Source: an uncultured delta proteobacterium (lineage in GTDB: Bacteria; Desulfobacterota; RBG-13-43-22). From it: a stretch of DNA of 64,000 nt. Positions 18,193-26,298 of this stretch are shown piece by piece. The translations under genes were made by a program, and so were the position numbers. The stretch is from assembly GCA_963790475.1 (NCBI GenBank), contig CAWBOS010000010.1:1472001-1536000 (forward strand), written 5' to 3'. How positions within the stretch are numbered: the stretch's first letter is position 1; every line of letters begins with the position of its first letter. A model generated the notes under the pieces. The model did not search any database. It saw nothing but the letters and a program-made list of their open reading frames with translations, and was not told the origin of the DNA.

Positions 18193-20639
18193 GGTTCGGC
18201 CCTCTCCATCGGCGTCCTCCTCTGCAGCGAATCATTTTCCTTCCGCAGCTCCTCAATCTCCTTCTTCAGGTCGATCATCTTGAGCTCCCGTCCGACCGTC
18301 AGCCTTTGAAACCTCTCCAGTTCCGCCAGCCGCTCCAGCTCACGCGTTCTCTGCTCTTCCCGGGCCCTCTGCTCAGCGAGCTTGGTCTCGGCCTCCTTCT
18401 GGGCCGTAACGTCACGAGCGGCGGCAAAGACGCCGAGAACATTGCCTTGCATGTCCCGGTACACCGAGGCGTTGTAAAGCACATTCGTGAGTCGTCCCTC
18501 CTTATGCCGGATGGTCAGGGGATAGTCGGTAACGAACCCCTTGGAAAAAACCTGCTCGTATCCCCGGCGCGCATTCTCGGGTTCCGTGAAGTAATCTGAA
18601 AAATCCGTCCCGATAAGCCGGTCTCGAGGAATACCGGTTGCTTTCACGGTCGCTTCATTGACGTCGGTGATCTTCCCTTCCGGGCTGATGGTGACCAGGG
18701 GATCAAGGCTCGCCTCAACCAGGGTTCTGGCATACTGGGAGGCTTGACGGATCTGTTCTTCGGCCTGTTTCTTTTCCGAAATGTCATTGCTCATCAGGAG
18801 ATATCCGATGGGGCGGCCCGAACCATCGATACGGCGGGTGACCACAACGCTGGCTATAAAACGGGAGCCGTCTTTCCGGACGCGCTCGAACTCGCCTTCC
18901 GACAGACCCTTTTCATAGGCAACCTTCAGCATTTTTTCCACGACCCCGGACTGAATATCTTCCGGCGTGTGAAGGATGCTCGACTCTTTGCCGATAATCT
19001 CTTCGGCCGCATAGCCGTAATTCCGCCGGGCCCCCTCGTTCCAGGAAAGGATGCGGTAGTTCAGATCTTTTCCGATGATAGAGTACTTGGTTGAGCTCTC
19101 CAGAATATTATCCAGAAAGTTTTTCGTCTCTGAGAACTCGCGCATGACGCGTTTCGATTCCGTTACGTCCCTGGCGGCGGCAAACACCCCCAGAACGTTA
19201 CCGCGCACGTCCTTATAGACCGAGGCGTTATAGAGGACGTCAACCAGAATCCCATCCCGGTGCCGGATGGTCAGAGGGTAATCGGTGACAAAACCCTTCT
19301 CGAAGACCTGCCGGTATCCTTCCCGGGCCTTCTCCGGCTCGGTAAAGTAGTCCGAGAAGTCCGTCCCGACCAGCCGGTCGCGTGGGACACCCGTCACTTT
19401 CACGGTCGCCTCATTGACGTCGGTGATCTTCCCTTCCGGGCTGATGGTCACCAGGGGGTCCAGGCTGGCCTCGATCAGGCTCCTGGCATATTCCGCAGCC
19501 TGCCGCTGGGCGGTGACGTCACGGGCCGCCGCAAAAACCCCCAGGACGTTGCCGGTGACGTCCTTGTAAACCGAGGCGTTATAGAGGACCTCGACCAATT
19601 TCCCATCCCGGTGCCGGATGGTCAGAGGGTAATCGGTGACAAAACCCTTCTCGAAGACCTGCTGGTATCCTTCCCGGGCCTTCTCCGGCTCGGTAAAGTA
19701 GTCCGAGAAGTCCATTCCCACCAGCCTGTCGCGCGGAATACCCGTCACTTTCACGGTCGCCTCATTGACGTCGGTGATCTTTCCTTCCGGACTGATGGTC
19801 ACCAGGGGGTCCAGGCTGGCCTCAACCAGACTCCTGGCATACTCCGCTGCCTGCCGCTGGGCCATAATGTCCCGGGCGGCGGCAAAGACGCCGAGGACAT
19901 GGCCTTGCATGTCCCGGTACACCGAGGCGTTATAGAGGACGTCCGTGAGTCGTCCGTCCTTGTGCCGGATGGTCAGCGGATAGTCGGTGACAAATCCTCT
20001 GGAGAAAACCTGCCGGTAGCCGTCACGCGCACTCTCCGGGTCGGTGAAGTAGTCCGAGAAGTCCGTTCCGATGAGCTTGTCGCGGGGAATACCCGTCACT
20101 TTCACGGTCGCCTCATTGACGTCGGTGATCTTTCCTTCCGGACTGATCGTGACCAGGGGGTCCAGGCTGGCCTCGATCAGGCTCCTGGCGTATTTCGAGG
20201 TCGCCTGCAACTTCTCATCGATGCGTTTACGTTCTGAAATATCCCGGGCGATGGACGAAGCGCCGATGAGCCTCCCTGAGGTATCGTGGATAGGCGAGAC
20301 GGTCAGGGAAACATGGATCAGCGTGCCGTCCTTACGTTTGCGAAGCGTCTCGTAGTGATCAACCCGCTCGCCCTGGCGGATTTTGGCCAGGATTTCTTCC
20401 ATTTCCATCGGTCGGTCCGGGGCGAGAAGGATAGTGACCGGCTGGCCGATAATTTCCTTCGCGGTATACCCGTACATTATTTCCGCAGCGCGGTTCCAAC
20501 TGGTAATAATCCCTTCCAGGGTTTTGCCGAAGACGGCATCATCGGAGGAATCCACGATGGAGGCCAGGAGTGCCGTCCGTCCCTCCTCTAACGGTGACAT
20601 GGCTCTGTCTTTTTTCTTCTTCTTACCGTTAACTTCCAT
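18189..20639 (-). CDS. Six-PAS sensor protein without output domain, ending in a coiled coil
   Basis: PAS1, three tandem 117-aa PAS repeats, PAS5, a fourth repeat copy, then ...FQRLTVGRELKMIDLKKEI...; GGGAGG RBS; ATGA overlap with the kinase. Confidence 0.9.
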   Translation of the reverse strand: MEVNGKKKKKDRAMSPLEEGRTALLASIVDSSDDAVFGKTLEGIITSWNRAAEIMYGYTAKEIIGQPVTILLAPDRPMEMEEILAKIRQGERVDHYETLRKRKDGTLIHVSLTVSPIHDTSGRLIGASSIARDISERKRIDEKLQATSKYARSLIEASLDPLVTISPEGKITDVNEATVKVTGIPRDKLIGTDFSDYFTDPESARDGYRQVFSRGFVTDYPLTIRHKDGRLTDVLYNASVYRDMQGHVLGVFAAARDIMAQRQAAEYARSLVEASLDPLVTISPEGKITDVNEATVKVTGIPRDRLVGMDFSDYFTEPEKAREGYQQVFEKGFVTDYPLTIRHRDGKLVEVLYNASVYKDVTGNVLGVFAAARDVTAQRQAAEYARSLIEASLDPLVTISPEGKITDVNEATVKVTGVPRDRLVGTDFSDYFTEPEKAREGYRQVFEKGFVTDYPLTIRHRDGILVDVLYNASVYKDVRGNVLGVFAAARDVTESKRVMREFSETKNFLDNILESSTKYSIIGKDLNYRILSWNEGARRNYGYAAEEIIGKESSILHTPEDIQSGVVEKMLKVAYEKGLSEGEFERVRKDGSRFIASVVVTRRIDGSGRPIGYLLMSNDISEKKQAEEQIRQASQYARTLVEASLDPLVTISPEGKITDVNEATVKATGIPRDRLIGTDFSDYFTEPENARRGYEQVFSKGFVTDYPLTIRHKEGRLTNVLYNASVYRDMQGNVLGVFAAARDVTAQKEAETKLAEQRAREEQRTRELERLAELERFQRLTVGRELKMIDLKKEIEELRKENDSLQRRTPMERAEP
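19165..20215 (-). repeat. Three tandem 351-bp PAS-encoding repeats (fourth copy ~18410-18745)
   Basis: Equivalent gcaaa positions at 19180, 19531, 19882; near-identical peptide YARSL.EASLDPLVTISPEGKITDVNEAT... Confidence 0.9.
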
Positions 20640-20682
20640 CGTATTTCCCTCCCTTGTCAGGATTTTTTCCGCCCAGAAATTC

Positions 20683-22752
20683 TCAGTCCTTTTTTTGACT
20701 TTGGATAGATCCGCTCCATATTGAAAGGCCGCCCCACTCCGCCCGAATAATCGTCCCCTTTCCCTCGGCCGATTCAAGGTCGAAAAATCCGCCCGATAGC
20801 TGAGCCCGTTCTCTCATGGTTGAAAGCCCCAGTCCCTTCCTGACCGTCTTGGGGTCAAACCCTTCCCCGTTATCCTTTATGATCAAGGTTATTTTTTCGG
20901 CCTTCTTTTGAAGAGAAATATTCACTAGGGAGGCCTGGCTGTATTTGGAGATATTATTCATGGCCTCCTGGGAAATTCGAAAAATCGGCGTTCTCAGAGG
21001 ATCGGGCACTTCCGATTCTAAAATTCCGATATGACTTTCCACGGAAATATGAGGATAAGTCTTTTGGTATTCCCGGCAGAACCAGCTCATAGCGGCCACG
21101 ATCCCCAGGTCATCCAGGACGGCCGGCCGCAGGTCGACCATGATCCGGCGAACTTCAGTAATGATCTCGGAAACTTTAGAGGCGAGGTCCTGCAGGGATT
21201 CAGTACTGCTCTCCCCTCGTTTCGTCTCCGCCGTTATTTTCTCAATTCCGATTTTCATCGCCGCCATGGAGGCTAAGGTGCTGTCATGCAGTTCCCCGGC
21301 AATCCTTTTCCTCTCTTCCTCCTGAATGGTCAGGGATTGGGAGGCAAAATATCGAACCTGGTCATGCGCCTTTTTTAAGTTTTCCTCGGCCTTCTTCCGC
21401 TCGGTGATATCAATATCCATCTCCAGGATCAGGGGCGATCCATCGGCATCGATAAAGGGAAAATCATAGGCATCAAGGATACTGCCGTCCGGAGTGGTGA
21501 CCTCCCAATGATGGGGTCTACCGGTTTCCAGAACTTGGTATGATTCACAGAAATCGCAGGGTCGGCTAAGTCCGAAACGATATTCATAGCAGCGCCGGCC
21601 GTCTGATTCTGCGAATTTCTCCCGAGAAGACCGGTTGGCAAAAGCTACGCCATAGTCGGGGGTCAACAGGCAGATCATAGCCGGCAGCGTTTCCAGAACG
21701 TCATAAAGGCGCCGGCGTTCGGCCTCGACTGCTTCGACCACCTGCCGGCGTGCCTCGCTCTGGCGCAATAACTCTTCGGTTCGCCGGCGCTCGGTGATGT
21801 CGCGGAAGACGAGCACAAGGCCGGTAATATTTCCCTCCCGGTCTTTTATGGGCGCGCCGCTGTCGTCAATCGGGACTTCTGTTCCGTCTTTCCTCACCAG
21901 GAGCGCGTTGTAGTCCGGACCGGCGATTATCCCTTCCCGGAGCACCTTGCAAACGGGGCCCTCGGCCCGGCAGCGGGTTTCCTGGTTGATGATGTTAAAG
22001 ACCTCCTCCACCGGCTTTTCCGCCGCTTGGCCAAGAGTCCAACCGGTAAGCCTTTCGGCCACGGCATTCATAAAGGTAACCCGGCCCTCAACATCGGTGG
22101 CGATGACCGCATCGCCGACACTGGACAAGATGGTGGCCCAGCGCTGTTCACTTTCCCGGAGGGCCGCTTCCGCCTGCAGACGCACGGCGATCTCTTCTTC
22201 GAGGCTTTTGTTGGAGACCTGCAGCTCGGCGGTGCGCTCCTTTACCAAATCCTCCAGGTGGACCTGGTAGGTGCGGAGCTGCCTTTCCTTGGATATCCTG
22301 TCCAGGGTGGTTCCGGCGATCCCGGTCAGGGCTAAGTAAAGGTTAAGTAACTCAGGTCGAACGGGAGTGGAAGACTTGTGGCCGATGAGGAGCACCGTCG
22401 TCGTCCGATTCGACTCGGGTAAGGGCAAAAAGAGGACCCCATAGGATTCGGAACCCAAGACCGTTTCGGTGGCCAGGAATCCGGTCTCCAGCACGTCATG
22501 GATGATCCCTTTGACCTTCTCCGACAAGATCCCCCCGGGCAGGTCTTCACCGCCCATGACCCGATTCTCAAGGGAGATCTTCCCCCCAGAGTCCAGCCGG
22601 GCAAAGGCGACCCACTCCGCCTTGAAATAACTGACGATGAGACGCCCAAACTCCTCGAGGATGTTTTGTTGAGCGGTGAGCCGGACGATATATTGCGCGG
22701 CCTTTATAAAACTTTCTACATATGGTCCTTGATAGGAAGGCTCTTCCGACAT
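20683..22752 (-). CDS. GAF-like + PAS + PAS HisKA_3 histidine kinase
   Basis: N-terminal GAF-like region, VGDAVIATD..N..AE PAS, EERKRIAGELHD, DNGEGF, GLGL. Confidence 0.88.
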   Translation of the reverse strand: MSEEPSYQGPYVESFIKAAQYIVRLTAQQNILEEFGRLIVSYFKAEWVAFARLDSGGKISLENRVMGGEDLPGGILSEKVKGIIHDVLETGFLATETVLGSESYGVLFLPLPESNRTTTVLLIGHKSSTPVRPELLNLYLALTGIAGTTLDRISKERQLRTYQVHLEDLVKERTAELQVSNKSLEEEIAVRLQAEAALRESEQRWATILSSVGDAVIATDVEGRVTFMNAVAERLTGWTLGQAAEKPVEEVFNIINQETRCRAEGPVCKVLREGIIAGPDYNALLVRKDGTEVPIDDSGAPIKDREGNITGLVLVFRDITERRRTEELLRQSEARRQVVEAVEAERRRLYDVLETLPAMICLLTPDYGVAFANRSSREKFAESDGRRCYEYRFGLSRPCDFCESYQVLETGRPHHWEVTTPDGSILDAYDFPFIDADGSPLILEMDIDITERKKAEENLKKAHDQVRYFASQSLTIQEEERKRIAGELHDSTLASMAAMKIGIEKITAETKRGESSTESLQDLASKVSEIITEVRRIMVDLRPAVLDDLGIVAAMSWFCREYQKTYPHISVESHIGILESEVPDPLRTPIFRISQEAMNNISKYSQASLVNISLQKKAEKITLIIKDNGEGFDPKTVRKGLGLSTMRERAQLSGGFFDLESAEGKGTIIRAEWGGLSIWSGSIQSQKKD

Positions 22753-22755
22753 CGC

Positions 22756-24360
22756 TTAATTCCCGGCCATGGGTTGAAGAAAAAGACTCTCCAGGAATAG
22801 ATCCTCAAATTCGGGAACCTGAGAAAGATTGATGATTTTCGATTTCTCTCTTAAGCGCTGAAGACCATCGCCCTTTCCGTTTGACAAAAGGAGAAACTCA
22901 CATCCTCTCAGGGCGGCGTTACCACAGAGTTCAACACGTTCAGGGGAGATGAAAGGAAGCAAGCCGATTTCCTGGGCATTCCGGATATTCAAGTAATTGC
23001 CAAAACTGCCGCAAATAGAAATGCGTTGCAGTGACTCGGCACTCATCCGGGCGGATTTTAGCAAGAACCGCACTCCGGCGCCGATGGCGGCCTTGGCTCG
23101 TTGAAACAGGTCTATATCCCCGCCATCCAAAAAGAGACCCGGATTGTCCACCGACAAGACGAATCTCCTTTCCGGCAGTTCAGCAGTGATTCGTCCTTTT
23201 TTATCAACTTTTCCTGTTTTTGTCAAATAGGCGATGAGATCGACCAGACCGGAGCCGCAAAAGCCCTGGGCATTTTCATCGCCGATGACCTGGGCAGCCA
23301 GTCCCATCCCTTCGTTTTGTTCGATCTTATAAATCGCACCAGGTCCGGCCGGCATCCCGCATTTCATTCCGCTTCCCTCAAAAGCCGGTCCTCCGGCGGC
23401 CGAGGTGACCCACAAGCAGGTTCCATCCCATAGAGCGATCTCGGAATTGGTGCCGAAGTCAATCAAGAGACCGGCCGCGGTTTCGGTCAGACGGGTACTG
23501 AGCACACCGGCCAGAAGATCAGAACCAATAAAACCGGCCAGGGGTTGATGAAGATTGACCGAGACTTCAGCCCTTAAATTTACTGTCTCAAACCAGTTTT
23601 TTGTACTTTCGGGACGACAATCGATGGACCTCGTCCAGTATCGGGGTTGAGAAAGCAGGTCCAGGCCCTTTTCAGCCAGCAAAGCCGTCATGGCGGTATT
23701 GCCGACGATCGCTATGGTCCTTATCTTCCAGGGATCGTACCCTTCGCTTGAACACACCTCCAGAAGTCCTTCAGCCAGGCAGTCTTTTACGGTTTGGCTT
23801 ATTTCCCGGGCGGATTCCTTTGACTGGCTGGCCGCCTGCAGCCGGGTCATGACGTCGGAGCCATAACGCGACTGCCAATTAAGCCCCGAGACTGCCGACA
23901 GACGCTGGTTTCTGGAAATGTCCCACAAGGACAGGCTTACGGTCGTGGTTCCCAGGTCGATGGCCAGGCCATAAGCGGGATCATCGGGTTCCGCAGCCTT
24001 TTCCAATGATCGGTGGAGAGAAGTCCAATCCGGAATTTCACCCGGGTTCAGTTTTCGCCAGTTGGGCCGGGGGGCCGGTCTCAAGATCCTGATCCGGAGG
24101 TCATCGGCGCCGATCACCTGGCAGGCCAATCGAACTCCGTCCTGAAGCTCCTTTTCGGAAAGAAGAAGGGTCTCGTTTTTGGTAGGCCCTGGCACCCTGC
24201 CGGCCAAAACTTGAATGCGGCACAAACCGCATGCCCCTGATCCCCGGCAACCGGTTCGAACCCGCAGGTCAGTGGTGTCGAGCACTTCCCGCAATGACTT
24301 CCCTGGTGTAAAAGCGATCAAACGGTCTTTGGGGTTACTTAAAACCCAAAGAAGGGGCAT
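22756..24360 (-). CDS. ASKHA-type reductive activator of corrinoid proteins (RACo/DUF4445) with N-terminal 2Fe-2S domain
   Basis: CRGSGACGLC..RLAC; IDLGTTT, DFGTNSEI, SAAGGPAFEG, GFCGSGL. Confidence 0.88.
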   Translation of the reverse strand: MPLLWVLSNPKDRLIAFTPGKSLREVLDTTDLRVRTGCRGSGACGLCRIQVLAGRVPGPTKNETLLLSEKELQDGVRLACQVIGADDLRIRILRPAPRPNWRKLNPGEIPDWTSLHRSLEKAAEPDDPAYGLAIDLGTTTVSLSLWDISRNQRLSAVSGLNWQSRYGSDVMTRLQAASQSKESAREISQTVKDCLAEGLLEVCSSEGYDPWKIRTIAIVGNTAMTALLAEKGLDLLSQPRYWTRSIDCRPESTKNWFETVNLRAEVSVNLHQPLAGFIGSDLLAGVLSTRLTETAAGLLIDFGTNSEIALWDGTCLWVTSAAGGPAFEGSGMKCGMPAGPGAIYKIEQNEGMGLAAQVIGDENAQGFCGSGLVDLIAYLTKTGKVDKKGRITAELPERRFVLSVDNPGLFLDGGDIDLFQRAKAAIGAGVRFLLKSARMSAESLQRISICGSFGNYLNIRNAQEIGLLPFISPERVELCGNAALRGCEFLLLSNGKGDGLQRLREKSKIINLSQVPEFEDLFLESLFLQPMAGN

Positions 24361-24365
24361 CGGAG

Positions 24366-25379
24366 CTAACCTTGCTCGACCGAGGCCTGAACCAGGGCTT
24401 GGATATTTTCTTCTTTTGACTCCGGCGGGATCTCACAACCCGAAGAAAGGATAAAACCCCGGCGTCCGGCAAAGGACTGCATTAAGAGGGAGGCCTCGGC
24501 CTTGATTTCTTCGGGGTCTTCCTCAACAAAAGAAAGGGACTTGATGTTTCCATCAAGGCAGGTATGCGGGAGAAGGCTTTGGGCTTTTGTCGCTGTGATG
24601 TCATAATCAAAATTAGCAATATCAACATCGGCCTGAGGGTAGAATCCTAAGATCGACTGGACCGGACCGGCGATGTGCAGCCAGTTAGCCAGGGCGCCGG
24701 CCTTTTTGAAAGTCCCGAAAATCTTCTTCAGTCGGGGCAGTTCAAGCTCGCGAAAGATTTGGTAGGGCACCACGGCCGGGGAAGCGAAAGGATCAAAAAC
24801 GATCGGTAGATGAGCCCCGGCTTCGATCTGAGCCAGGCCGAAGCGGATAATCACGTCGGCGGCCAAGTCCACCAGGGTCCCTAACCGTTCGAGATCATCA
24901 ATGGCTAAGTAAAGGGTTTCTTCCGGGCCTAACAATTGGGCGGCCAGGGTGAGCGGGCCGGCGACACAGCCGACAATCAGAACTTCTTCACCAAGTTCTT
25001 GACTCATTATTTTTAAAGCTTTCAGCATCTCAGGCATGCGGCCCGTGCGTTCCGGGTCGGGTAAGGGGCATCCGTCCCAGGCACTGTTTTTATCAAACAC
25101 CGGCTGCTCGATCACCGGATATAAATTCTTCCGGTAGCGGATCCTGGCCCCTAATGCCTCATTTTCCACGTTCATATCCATAACCGAAAAGACCGCATCA
25201 TAGCCATATCGTTCCAGGGCTTTTATCTGGCAGCGGGCCAGCAATTCACCGTCTTGGACATAGTCCCCGAGAGCGACCCCGGCCATAACCCCGGCATGTC
25301 CGAAAACCTGAGCGATGACCGGCACTCGGTCGGATTCTTCAAATGCGGCCGCAGACCCAATCCGTTGGAGGCTGTTCAT
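24366..25379 (-). CDS. UroD-superfamily corrinoid methyltransferase (MtaA/CmuA-like)
   Basis: DRVPV, EALGA, GRMP, GPLTLA, LHIAG, LDGNI, GFILSSGCEIP. Confidence 0.85.
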   Translation of the reverse strand: MNSLQRIGSAAAFEESDRVPVIAQVFGHAGVMAGVALGDYVQDGELLARCQIKALERYGYDAVFSVMDMNVENEALGARIRYRKNLYPVIEQPVFDKNSAWDGCPLPDPERTGRMPEMLKALKIMSQELGEEVLIVGCVAGPLTLAAQLLGPEETLYLAIDDLERLGTLVDLAADVIIRFGLAQIEAGAHLPIVFDPFASPAVVPYQIFRELELPRLKKIFGTFKKAGALANWLHIAGPVQSILGFYPQADVDIANFDYDITATKAQSLLPHTCLDGNIKSLSFVEEDPEEIKAEASLLMQSFAGRRGFILSSGCEIPPESKEENIQALVQASVEQG

Positions 25380-25648
25380 TGGCTTCTCCTTCGAGCAATA
25401 CCGGCGATGAAATCAGCCCCATCGAAAGCGGATTCAGCCACATAATCGACGTTCAACCACTCGGGCGAAAGCTGCTTCAGGGCCGCGCCCCCAGCGATAA
25501 TTTTCACCTGTTCGAGCTTTCGTTCTTTGAGGAGGGGTCTAACCTGTCTGACCAAGGAAGCAACGAGACTGATCAAGCCGCTGATGCCGACAGCAACCGG
25601 CTTTTCCCGTTCGACCGTGTCCACCACGGAAAATCTATCCGGGAGTGA
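25376..25648 (-). pseudogene. Corrinoid (B12-binding) protein, C-terminal half only
   Basis: VGISGL...VKIIAGGAA...DYVAESAFDG; in-frame stop just upstream, DxHxxG motif absent. Confidence 0.75.
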
Positions 25649-25959
25649 TCAATAAGCTCTCCCATGGTATCATAAAAGGATAGTTCCATTCGTTTTCCAG
25701 CTCACCTGCCCAATCGTAGGTATCCCGGGAAATAATCATTAATTGTCTATAATGGGACAAATTTTGCATTATTATAGCCATTAAGACTTGTTTTCCCCGG
25801 TTAATCTTAACCTTCCAGGATTTCCTTTTTATCCGTAACCTGTTAAATTAATAGTAATTTAACCGTTAAATATACTGATGGCCTAATTGTTGCAACTGGG
25901 ACAATAGAAAGTAACTGGGAAAATGAGATTTTCCCTCTTTACCAGAAACAGGAGTAGCT

Positions 25960-26298
25960 ATGAGATATTTTAAGGATGACGTTCTTAGAGCGGATGAAGT
26001 ATCGAGATGGCTGAGAATTCCCAAATCGACCACTTATAAGCTTTGCCTGGAAGGTCAGATCACTGGGACAAAAATAGACAGACATTGGCGGTTTGACCAA
26101 AAAGATATTGAAGTTTGGTTCAAGAAAATAATTAATAATGAAATCAGGAGATTGGCTGATGACAACGAGTCGTTCATACGGGGTTTCTCCGACGGATTCA
26201 TATCCTATGTCGAAAACCCTGTTTATAATTCGAAACAAAGAAGAAATCGACATTACCGTTCAAGAAGTAAAACAAAAACAAAATCATCCAATGTCTGA
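25960..26298 (+). CDS. Excisionase-like HTH DNA-binding protein
   Basis: LRADEVSRWLRIPKSTTYKL...G.I...KIDRHWRF; AGGAG RBS. Confidence 0.7.
   Translation: MRYFKDDVLRADEVSRWLRIPKSTTYKLCLEGQITGTKIDRHWRFDQKDIEVWFKKIINNEIRRLADDNESFIRGFSDGFISYVENPVYNSKQRRNRHYRSRSKTKTKSSNV

Noticed and set aside
19260-20237. 325-aa plus-strand ORF and similar antisense ORFs (e.g. 10836-11606, 13854-14453, 54859-55797)
   Set aside because: Shadow frames of well-supported genes on the opposite strand.
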